Source: Candidatus Woesearchaeota archaeon | Lineage (GTDB): Archaea; Nanobdellota; Nanobdellia; Pacearchaeales; GW2011-AR1 | Reading direction: 5' to 3' | Length of the DNA: 64,000 nucleotides | Assembly: GCA_964578845.1 (NCBI GenBank) | Contig: CAZOEF010000003.1 | Location: 74,137-138,136 of the forward strand | In this document: in pieces, positions 1 to 7,661 of the stretch | Position numbering within the stretch: position 1 is the stretch's first letter | Layout of the letters: each line of letters begins with the position of its first letter | The notes under the pieces: model-generated | Seen by the model: the letters and a program-made list of their open reading frames with translations, nothing else | Database searches by the model: none | Told to the model about the DNA's origin: nothing | Translations under genes and position numbers: made by a program

Positions 1-124
1 CTGCGCTGCTTGATTCTCCGATAGTTAAAGTAGATCCAGAAGGCTCCACAGAAATTGCCGGTTTAACTATAAAAAGTGTTATCACGATTAAGGCAATAAT
101 AGCAGATATTTCCCTAAAGTTCAT
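1..124 (-). CDS. N-terminal fragment of a signal-peptide/TM protein (gene runs off the window start)
   Basis: ATG at 122-124 (minus). MNFREISAIIALIVITLFIVKPAISVEPSGSTLTIGESS has a hydrophobic N-terminus. ATGA-coupled to the upstream RHH mini-ORF. Absent from the ORF track because it is truncated. Confidence 0.4.
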   Translation of the reverse strand, partial: MNFREISAIIALIVITLFIVKPAISVEPSGSTLTIGESSSA

Positions 125-261
125 TTTTTACTCCTCTCAAGATCTTTTGTTATCAATTCTTCTATATAAACAGAAATATCCTGCTCTGCATCTATGCACC
201 TCTTTTTCACTCTTTTCCAAAGATCGCTGTCTATCTTCAGGCTGGTGGTCTTTCTTGTCAT
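121..261 (-). CDS. small ribbon-helix-helix (CopG/Arc/MetJ-like) DNA-binding protein, 46 aa
   Basis: Hand-translated: MTRKTTSLKIDSDLWKRVKKRCIDAEQDISVYIEELITKDLERSKK. It shows a beta-strand (SLKID) plus two-helix pattern. Its stop overlaps the ATG of the next gene (ATGA). It is below the ORF-track size cutoff. Confidence 0.5.
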   Translation of the reverse strand: MTRKTTSLKIDSDLWKRVKKRCIDAEQDISVYIEELITKDLERSKK

Positions 262-319
262 TAGTAGTATAGTATTAATATATTATATAAATCTAACTAT
301 GAATAATACTATACTACTA
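262..319. promoter_or_regulatory. perfect 16-bp inverted repeat directly upstream of the RHH ATG (operator or RNA hairpin)
   Basis: The arms are TAGTAGTATAGTATTA (262-277) and TAATACTATACTACTA (304-319), exact reverse complements with a 26-nt spacer. A minus-strand TTTATATA TATA-like box lies at 331-338. Confidence 0.55.
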
Positions 320-344
320 TAATACCGATCTATATAAAAGAGAT

Positions 345-1199
345 TTACTTCAGGCTTTCAAGAATATTTTTCAATTGGCCGATATCCTTTGTCAATGAAG
401 AGCTCTTGTTTATAGTCTTTAAAGACTCTATATATTTCTCGACTTTATTAGTCAGTCTCTCGACCTCAGATTTGTCAGCAAGATTTGAAAGCCTTGTGTT
501 TATGGATTCTATTTCTTTTGAGTTCTGCTCTAGGTTGACCTTGAATTCCTGAAGATTATCATTAAACATGTCTACATCTTTGTGTTTTTTTCGTAATTCA
601 GAATATATTGTCTCAACTTTATCAGCATCTATATGAATTGCCGCCTGGGTTTTCTTTATCTCTACAAGCTCGCTCTTTACTTCTTCGCTCAGCTTAACCA
701 CTTCCTCAACGCCCCTGAAGAATTCCAGTTTTTTTCGTAATTCCCTTAATTCCTCCATTACCCTGTCCATTATTGCTTCGTTTCCTTCCATATTTGCCTT
801 AAGTGCCTCGAATTTAGCGTCTTCCCTTTGTATTTCAATCATCAGCTTTTCTGGTTGGACTGTCTCAACTAAATCAGCAGCTTTTACAGCTTTGAGCTCA
901 AGCTCCTGGATCGTCCTGTCTCTATCCATTATCATTGCCCTAAGTTCCCCTACTTGTTCCCTGACTCCAGATATATTTTCACTAAGCGATTTTCTGACTT
1001 CTCCAAAAGATTCAACACTTGCTTTTATTCTGTCAATCTCTGTGCTTAATTTAATTACTGCAGAACTTGAAGTAGGATCTATTGGTTCTTTTTTCTCAGG
1101 CTTTTTCTCTTCTGTTGCTTCTCCTTCGGCGCTTTCTTGGGAATCAGCTGGAGGAGTCTCCTCTTCCTCTTTTTTCTTCTTTTTGAACAATTTAAGCAT
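345..1199 (-). CDS. coiled-coil protein with acidic/Lys-rich N-terminus, last gene of the HerA-like operon
   Basis: 284-aa ORF with an ATG start. It has long heptad-like E/K/L-rich stretches and overlaps the upstream ORF by 8 nt. Any FlaC-type resemblance is only an impression. Confidence 0.6.
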   Translation of the reverse strand: MLKLFKKKKKEEEETPPADSQESAEGEATEEKKPEKKEPIDPTSSSAVIKLSTEIDRIKASVESFGEVRKSLSENISGVREQVGELRAMIMDRDRTIQELELKAVKAADLVETVQPEKLMIEIQREDAKFEALKANMEGNEAIMDRVMEELRELRKKLEFFRGVEEVVKLSEEVKSELVEIKKTQAAIHIDADKVETIYSELRKKHKDVDMFNDNLQEFKVNLEQNSKEIESINTRLSNLADKSEVERLTNKVEKYIESLKTINKSSSLTKDIGQLKNILESLK

Positions 1200-1515
1200 C
1201 TAACTCTCTCCTAATGCATTTTATCAGCGCATTTACTTTATTATACTCTTCCATTGTAAAATTATGCTGTAAATGCATTATTTTGCTGGGAAACAAGATC
1301 AGTTTATTCTTGACAAAAAATACGTCAATATTGTCCTCTTCCATGTTTTTAGCTTTTGCAGTCAATTCTGAATGGATTTTTTCCAGATTAGAGATAACTG
1401 AATATTGTGCTGCACGAGGAATATCATCTTTCCCTAATTTCTTAAGCCTTGTATACTTGGCCTTATCTAAATTTTTCCTTGCGATCTTCAGAATTTGTTT
1501 ATGATCAGGATTCAT
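1192..1515 (-). CDS. hypothetical soluble protein (107 aa)
   Basis: ORF with an ATG start, Lys-rich host-like composition and operon position. No family recognised. Confidence 0.5.
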   Translation of the reverse strand: MNPDHKQILKIARKNLDKAKYTRLKKLGKDDIPRAAQYSVISNLEKIHSELTAKAKNMEEDNIDVFFVKNKLILFPSKIMHLQHNFTMEEYNKVNALIKCIRRELDA

Positions 1516-1551
1516 TATTAGTTGAAGCGAATTTCATTTTAATAGTTTTTG

Positions 1552-2139
1552 TCAGTCCCAAAATTTAACCAGGAATGCCAATCCTACTAAGCTTATCAGG
1601 AAGAACATTCCTCCTAGCCATATTGATTGCCCCTCGTTAATCTCTGCAATTGCAAATCCTGTAAAATTATACGAAAAAAAAGCAATTGAGAGAATAAAGC
1701 TCGCGAAAATCATCAGTGAACAGGCTTTCTTAGGAAAAGGATTATATTTCCTCATTTGGCTTTTGACATCATTGATTCTTGAATTGATCTTATGCAGGTT
1801 AAGGCTATCATCTTTTTTCTTGAACATATCATAAGCTATCCTATATGAATCCAGGGCATTCCTCAGATAGGTCCACGCTGTGAATTTGCTATGCTTATGG
1901 TTTATGAGTTTTAACCATGAACCTTCCCAGGCTGATGCAGCCTCCACAAAAATGTGCGGTTTGCTCACTCCTTTTTCGATGAAGAGGTCGCCTAATAGAT
2001 CATAGATTTTTGCCCTGATTTCTTGGCCAGTACTTGGGTAAAAAGATAAATATTTTTCAAGAAAAAGTATTTTTGATTCAGCATTTTCTATTTCATCTAC
2101 TGCCTTTCTCAATTCCCTGAAAGAGAATAATTCTTCCAT
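1552..2139 (-). CDS. helical protein ending in a TM-hairpin module (FTGFAIAE ... FLVKFWD)
   Basis: 195-aa ORF. The C-terminal 55 aa are two hydrophobic helices around an FTGFAI motif, the same module as 2142..2342 and 41929..42117. Confidence 0.55.
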   Translation of the reverse strand: MEELFSFRELRKAVDEIENAESKILFLEKYLSFYPSTGQEIRAKIYDLLGDLFIEKGVSKPHIFVEAASAWEGSWLKLINHKHSKFTAWTYLRNALDSYRIAYDMFKKKDDSLNLHKINSRINDVKSQMRKYNPFPKKACSLMIFASFILSIAFFSYNFTGFAIAEINEGQSIWLGGMFFLISLVGLAFLVKFWD

Positions 2140-2141
2140 TT

Positions 2142-2342
2142 TTACCTGTTCCTAAGTATGAAGAATAGCCCTGCGAGTCCTGAAAGAAAGAATATGAGGG
2201 CGACAAAATTTACTGGCAATATTTTTTGGCCGCTATCCAAAATAGCATTTCCAGTTATCCCGCTTATTGAAAAAGATAATGATATCAGGAATACTACTGC
2301 AACTATTATAGCGACTGCCTTAACTCTCTTTTTATCTTCCAT
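2142..2342 (-). CDS. 66-aa TM-hairpin protein (ITGNAI motif)
   Basis: Its architecture is TM1, then SISGITGNAILDSG, then TM2 ending in RNR. It lies 32 nt downstream of the HerA-like gene and is a paralog of 41929..42117. Confidence 0.55.
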   Translation of the reverse strand: MEDKKRVKAVAIIVAVVFLISLSFSISGITGNAILDSGQKILPVNFVALIFFLSGLAGLFFILRNR

Positions 2343-2374
2343 TAATTACTAAATATTGGCTATTATTTATATAC

Positions 2375-5300
2375 TTATTTCTTTGGGCTTTCTGCAGGCT
2401 CTTTCTTTTTTTCCTCTCCTTTAGAATATTCATCCACAAGCTTGATAATGTCTTCCTTTGTCTTGACTTTCTTCATTTTTCCTCCCAAAGCAGGGTCTAT
2501 TTGCTTTTCTACCCAATCAGCAATCTCATTTTTTTCATCATTGACGTGCATAGCAAACACAGAGTCGTCTAGGCTTGGAAGAACATCCTTCAATTCTTTC
2601 AGGCTCGATATCATCATCCCATTATCAAATGTGATCGCTGCAACAATCTTTGCAGCCTTGTCATCTTTCTTTTCCTCACTCGGCGCTTCCTCCTTTTTTG
2701 CTCCGCCTTTCCATTTGTCCCTTTCCTTCTGTGCTGATGCTAAAGATGCCTCTACAGCAGACTCGTCGATCAATTCTATCTCTTTCTTCTTAGGCTTCTT
2801 TCCAAGTGATTGCCATTGTTTTTCCATTCTAGGCTTTAATCCCTCCAGATAGATATCAACAACAGTAAAATTACCAGTCATCAATTTATCCTTGACTAAT
2901 TTCAATTCCATCTTAAGGTCAAATGTATCTATTTTTTCAGCTTCTAATTGTTCTATCTGGTATTCCAGGTCATCTATTACTTCCCCATATTGATTATATT
3001 TCTCCAGGACTTCATCACTTAATCTTCTTGTACTGTGAAGAATAGGCCTGAAATTGACAAAATAAGGAAGACCTCTATTATACTCGGCGTTCTGCACCAT
3101 TCCAACTCCTACATCTGCTCTTACTAATGATTTCAAAGCCTCTAATCCGTATCGTTCCTTTATCCTGTTCAAGTCAGATTCTTCTGCTACTCTCATCTGT
3201 GCTTCTGTATTGATGTTGGCCTTGATCTCTCCGACGAAGTCTGATAATACCTGAGATACTAACATTACTCCTAAGCCCCATTTTCTGAACTCTCTGCAGG
3301 CTCTTTCAATCTGCAGGAATCCTCTTCCTTTCCCTCCGAATTTAGGAAGCAGTCTGTGAACTTCATCAAATACTAGTAGAGTCTTCAGCCCTGGATGTTC
3401 CTTAGGATCAGAATGGAAAATCTCTGAGATGACTCCGCTGACAAATAGATCAATCTGTCCAGGGTCAAGCTTATTCATGGTGAATATCTGTATCTGGCCT
3501 GGATTCATGTATTTGTTAATATTTATTTTTTGTCGGGGGTTAGTTATCTGCCGTACATTTCCTGGAAAGGCCTGCGCATCTGATGGCTTAAGGCCGAATT
3601 TAGAATAGAACGACAACATTTTCTTGTCCTCGCATTTTCTAAGCATTCCTGACCATTGGGCTGTAGGATCAAAAACAATTATCGCAATGTTTTTCTTCAG
3701 GGCTTCCTCTATGAACACTTGTGCAGCAATACTCTTTCCTCCTCCTGTAGCCCCTGCAATAATTGCGTGGGTAGTAAGCATATCAAGGTCATAAAATGCA
3801 GGGCTATTGCTTTCTGCAATCTTTCCAAGCTTTATTGATCTTGGACCATCTTTTGGCAGCAGCCCTGTGTTCACAGAAAGATGATATCTTTTTTTCCTTT
3901 GCGCATAACTTCTGTATAAAAATAAATTAAAGAGAATAAAGCTTAAAGCGCTAATCAGGACTAATATCAGCCAGACAGGTATTCCAAAAAATGAATATAG
4001 GTAGAATGGATTGGCTATTGTCAAAGGCTCTTGCGCTGTAAGGAACAAATTAAAGAATCTGGCATTTACTGTTAAGAGATAATCCCCTTCAGGAATGTCT
4101 TCAGGCAATATCATTTCCCTTAATAAAGTCAAAGAGTTCATTATCTCAACCTCTTCATCAGGATCCTCGACAAAGGTCTCTCCTTCCTCATTTACCAAGC
4201 TTTTGCTCAATATTATCTTATATCCTTGTTCAACAAGAAGATTTTGCAGATGCAGCCTATATTTTATAGTGGATCCCGGAGAGATCACTTGCCTGAGCAG
4301 GTCAATGTTTACAAATAATGATTCTATAGGCATCCTCCTGTCAACAACCTGCACTGTTACAGGAGTATCCTGTGCTAAATCCCCTGAAATAGTGAAAGTT
4401 CCTTGATAAATCCCTAGTGGCTGAGTTCCATAAATAGTAAGTATGACCTTGCCAACAGAATCAGGCTGGACAGTCAATGAGGTCTTGTCCATTTCTATGA
4501 AATCTTCTAGTTCATCTGTCAGGTCAAAAACTACATTGATAGGAGATGATTTGAAATTATATATTGCGATCTCTTCCTCAATAAAGGTGTTCCTTCTTAC
4601 CTGAACATCTATATTGTCAGTGGATATCCAGTAGTCCTGCCCTGCTTCTTCTGCAACTACCCTTACTTCATCAACTTCCCCGTCGTCATCTCCCTCTTCG
4701 TCAACTCCTGGCCCAGTCGGAAACAGATTTATGCTGCTAAGTTCCATCGTAATGTTATGGCTGATTATTGAGACACTTGAATTTAATTCAAGGAATGCAT
4801 AATAATTGTTATATCCTGGTTTGACTGATAATATAGGGTTCTGCCCAGGTATAACTGTAGCGATTAAAGAGTAGCTTCCGGTTGATCCAGTAACGACAGT
4901 TTCGTTGCCTAACGAAACATTTGCCTCTGAAATAGCATTTCCGGATTCATCCTTAACAAATCCATTGACCTGGACAGTTATGATCTGTTGGTTGTCTGAT
5001 TCCTGCGTCAAAGTAAAATTCTTCTCAATATTAGAGTTAGAAAAGTCCACTGTTACATTAGCTATTCCTGTTCTGTAGCCGTCTTTGCTGGCGAATACAT
5101 TATAAGTGCCGGGCAATACAAGGAAAGACAGGTTATAGAAGCCATTAGTGTCTGTCAAAGCAGCTATTCCTGCAACATTTACACTTGCGTTTTCAATTGC
5201 ATTATTGAGTGAATCCTTAACATATCCTGATAAGCTGGCGTTAACAGAAGAGCCGATTCCTCCGCCAGGGCACTGATCATTAGGATCATTGAAGAAATAG

Positions 5301-6022
5301 TATCTTTGTGTAGTATTAGCTGGAGTAGGCAGCAGCATCTGGAAATTTGCAGTTGTGCCCGGACTGAATCCTTGTTGTATTACTCCCACACTTGCGACAA
5401 AAGCTAATTTTCCTGATATATTCAATGCTCCGACTCTAAAAACATCATTGCTTCCATCAAATTTATAAGTATAAGTAAAAGGTACGTCCTCTACTTCAGT
5501 AGATCCGATAAATATGCTTGTAGTGTTTGTAAAAGTATTGTTCGCGCAATAAGTGGAGCCGCTGCATCCGATAAAATCATCTATGGCGCTTACATCTGCA
5601 GGCTTAACATCATTAAAATCTAATGTTTGGCTGGTAGAAGCAAACACTTCGGCGCCCCCCTGGGCATCTTGTTGGATGCAGTCAAAAAACATGTCTGCCC
5701 TTCTCAGGTTTCCGCTCTCTAAATCCTCAAAAAACTGTTCAGTAACTCCGTCGACAGTCAAAGCAAAGCCATATAATCCTCCCCACACTTCTACAGGAAG
5801 GCTTGCCCTTAGATTTATTTCAGTAAGTTCTCCGCCATGGCCATCAACTGAGCTCGCCCATCCGGTAATGCCTATAAATTTTGCAGCGAATAAAAAAATC
5901 AGCAGCATAAAAGCAATTACTGCAAGAAGGAGGAAGAAATGCCTGTAGAAAAAAGATTTTTTAGCCTTTTTGACCTCTGAATGATAAATCTGTTTTGCAG
6001 TCAACACCCTCTCTTTTTTCAT
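2375..6022 (-). CDS. membrane-spanning HerA/COG0433 (DUF87)-type P-loop ATPase fused to a large beta-sandwich ectodomain
   Basis: 1215 aa. It has an N-terminal TM and CarboxypepD_reg-like segments (PGTYNVFASKDGY; NGFVKDESGNAISEANVSLG). A second TM is IPVWLILVLISALSFILFNLFLY. The ATPase motifs are Walker A THAIIAGATGGGKS, Walker B LLVFDEVHRLLP and REFRKWGLGVMLVSQ. Confidence 0.75.
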   Translation of the reverse strand: MKKERVLTAKQIYHSEVKKAKKSFFYRHFFLLLAVIAFMLLIFLFAAKFIGITGWASSVDGHGGELTEINLRASLPVEVWGGLYGFALTVDGVTEQFFEDLESGNLRRADMFFDCIQQDAQGGAEVFASTSQTLDFNDVKPADVSAIDDFIGCSGSTYCANNTFTNTTSIFIGSTEVEDVPFTYTYKFDGSNDVFRVGALNISGKLAFVASVGVIQQGFSPGTTANFQMLLPTPANTTQRYYFFNDPNDQCPGGGIGSSVNASLSGYVKDSLNNAIENASVNVAGIAALTDTNGFYNLSFLVLPGTYNVFASKDGYRTGIANVTVDFSNSNIEKNFTLTQESDNQQIITVQVNGFVKDESGNAISEANVSLGNETVVTGSTGSYSLIATVIPGQNPILSVKPGYNNYYAFLELNSSVSIISHNITMELSSINLFPTGPGVDEEGDDDGEVDEVRVVAEEAGQDYWISTDNIDVQVRRNTFIEEEIAIYNFKSSPINVVFDLTDELEDFIEMDKTSLTVQPDSVGKVILTIYGTQPLGIYQGTFTISGDLAQDTPVTVQVVDRRMPIESLFVNIDLLRQVISPGSTIKYRLHLQNLLVEQGYKIILSKSLVNEEGETFVEDPDEEVEIMNSLTLLREMILPEDIPEGDYLLTVNARFFNLFLTAQEPLTIANPFYLYSFFGIPVWLILVLISALSFILFNLFLYRSYAQRKKRYHLSVNTGLLPKDGPRSIKLGKIAESNSPAFYDLDMLTTHAIIAGATGGGKSIAAQVFIEEALKKNIAIIVFDPTAQWSGMLRKCEDKKMLSFYSKFGLKPSDAQAFPGNVRQITNPRQKININKYMNPGQIQIFTMNKLDPGQIDLFVSGVISEIFHSDPKEHPGLKTLLVFDEVHRLLPKFGGKGRGFLQIERACREFRKWGLGVMLVSQVLSDFVGEIKANINTEAQMRVAEESDLNRIKERYGLEALKSLVRADVGVGMVQNAEYNRGLPYFVNFRPILHSTRRLSDEVLEKYNQYGEVIDDLEYQIEQLEAEKIDTFDLKMELKLVKDKLMTGNFTVVDIYLEGLKPRMEKQWQSLGKKPKKKEIELIDESAVEASLASAQKERDKWKGGAKKEEAPSEEKKDDKAAKIVAAITFDNGMMISSLKELKDVLPSLDDSVFAMHVNDEKNEIADWVEKQIDPALGGKMKKVKTKEDIIKLVDEYSKGEEKKKEPAESPKK

Positions 6023-6111
6023 ATATACTTATCCATTATCGAATTAATAAAGTTTGAGGGTTAACAAAATATAGCAAGATTTATAAATAAAAATGCCTAA
6101 TAAACTCTATA

Positions 6112-6705
6112 ATGGGTCTCTTTAAAGTTATCAAAAAAAATAAGGTGCCTGATGAGTTGCCAAGCTTGTCAATAAACAGTTCTGCTCCACAGTCTAATTC
6201 ACTAAATATGCCTAAAACAATGGTTTCTCAGCCTGTACAGGCTCAGCCAGCTCAACAAGTGAAAATAGAAGAGTCTAGATACAAGCCCCTTCCAGTCCAT
6301 AAACTAACCATTCCTGAACAAGCTAAAAAAATGGAAGCAGAAGAAGGATTTTTCAAGAACTTGATGCGTGAGCTCACAGAAGAGATCGATACATCAAAAA
6401 TAGATAATTTCTACAAGAGCAATATTCTTTCAGAAGACATCGTTACTCAGATGAGAAATTACTGGGAAAATCAAAAGCCTGAAATGCTTCTAAAGAGCAT
6501 TGGGAATGAGCTCAAGCAGAAGCTGATAGAAAAAACCAACAGGCTGCACGAGCTTGAAAAAGAATGGCAGGAAGCTTACTTCGACCTATTAGCCAAGGAA
6601 GGAAGAATAAGGGATGAAGAGAAAGAGCTTAAGAAGGAGCTTTCAGAACTTCTTGAATTATATGAAAGATCCTTAAGAGAGACAAGATCAAAGAAGAGAA
6701 AATAA
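6112..6705 (+). CDS. hypothetical protein with C-terminal coiled coil
   Basis: 197-aa ORF with a Q/P-rich N-terminal half and an E/K/L-rich C-terminal half. A TATA-like TTTATAAATA lies about 25-33 nt upstream of the ATG. Confidence 0.5.
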   Translation: MGLFKVIKKNKVPDELPSLSINSSAPQSNSLNMPKTMVSQPVQAQPAQQVKIEESRYKPLPVHKLTIPEQAKKMEAEEGFFKNLMRELTEEIDTSKIDNFYKSNILSEDIVTQMRNYWENQKPEMLLKSIGNELKQKLIEKTNRLHELEKEWQEAYFDLLAKEGRIRDEEKELKKELSELLELYERSLRETRSKKRK

Positions 6706-6740
6706 GGAACTTTTATATACTGATTTAATTTTTGTCCTCA

Positions 6741-7079
6741 ATGAAGAGAGGAAAGAGTTCTAAATTACATAAAAGGATTACATATAACTTCTTGCTTATC
6801 GCTATTTTTTCTATATTGATTTTGATGGCATTAGCCTTGCTTGTACAGACAGGAGCAATGCAAAATCCTTGGGTAGAATTGAACAAAAATATTGAGATGA
6901 TAAATTCAACTGATGCGTGCTCGATTATTGCCGGAAAGCTGATCCATACAATAGAGGATGAAGGAAGTTGTGAGAACATCTGCCATTCTGAGTGCGAAAC
7001 AAGGCAAAAAGTCTTCCAAAATTCTGAATTCGTTCAAAATACTGATTCTTGCAATAATTGCAATTGCTACTGCAAATAA
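6741..7079 (+). CDS. single-TM protein with Cys-rich C-terminal domain
   Basis: The ATG at 6741 is preferred over the TTG at 6732. It has a TM helix (FLLIAIFSILILMALALLV) and 10 Cys, ending CNNCNCYCK. Confidence 0.45.
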   Translation: MKRGKSSKLHKRITYNFLLIAIFSILILMALALLVQTGAMQNPWVELNKNIEMINSTDACSIIAGKLIHTIEDEGSCENICHSECETRQKVFQNSEFVQNTDSCNNCNCYCK

Positions 7080-7082
7080 AAT

Positions 7083-7661
7083 ATGGAAATAGAGGATATA
7101 GAAGAGAATTATAAGCAGAAAAAAGAAAGCTTGGAAAAAGAGTTTATAGATAATGTTAAAGCTGGTAAAGGGAATCTTAAGGAGCTTGATGCTAATTATA
7201 GAAAAAAAATACAAAAGGTAAGGGAGACTTATTACAAACAGCAAAAAAGTTTCATTAAACAAAGCAAGCCTATTAAGAAAAAGAAGAGAAAGAAGAAAGA
7301 AGAAAAGAAAGTTTTTTCAGTTAAGCATATAGAAGTCAGGCTGACAAAGATGGAGAGGGCCAGGCTTAGATTGATAGTCTTTGGATTCAGATTTAAGGTA
7401 TTTATCAGAAATGCATTTAGCTATATTTATTATCCTGGTCCTGCTTATATTTTCAAGAAGTTGAAATACATTTTCATAAAATATTTCAGGAAAGGAGTTG
7501 CTATAATTGTTTTATTGATGAGGAAGTTCATCATAATGATGAGATCTTTAGGAAAATGGTTTATATCAGGGCTGAAGAAAATGTTTTCCAAGGCAAGCGC
7601 TATTATGGCAAAAATGTTCAAGAAAAAAGAAAAGCCTGAAAAAACAGATAAGCCTAGTTAA
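7083..7661 (+). CDS. very basic Lys-rich hypothetical protein
   Basis: 192-aa ORF starting 4 nt after the previous gene. It has a KKKKRKKKEEKK tract and an amphipathic C-terminal half. Confidence 0.45.
   Translation: MEIEDIEENYKQKKESLEKEFIDNVKAGKGNLKELDANYRKKIQKVRETYYKQQKSFIKQSKPIKKKKRKKKEEKKVFSVKHIEVRLTKMERARLRLIVFGFRFKVFIRNAFSYIYYPGPAYIFKKLKYIFIKYFRKGVAIIVLLMRKFIIMMRSLGKWFISGLKKMFSKASAIMAKMFKKKEKPEKTDKPS

Noticed and set aside
892-5948. Plus-strand track ORFs 892..1203, 1214..1504, 2158..2352, 2442..2852, 3656..3838, 4095..4406 and 5553..5948.
   Set aside because: All lie antisense to longer minus-strand genes with recognisable motifs or host-like Lys/Glu-rich composition. Their products are Ser/Leu/Phe-rich, typical of shadow frames of AT-rich coding DNA.
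6725-7262. Minus-strand ORFs 6725..6979 and 6906..7262.
   Set aside because: They are antisense to two back-to-back plus-strand ORFs (6741..7079, 7083..7661) with a 3-nt spacing. Their products are Phe/Ile/Leu-rich shadow-like sequences. Confidence in either strand is only moderate.
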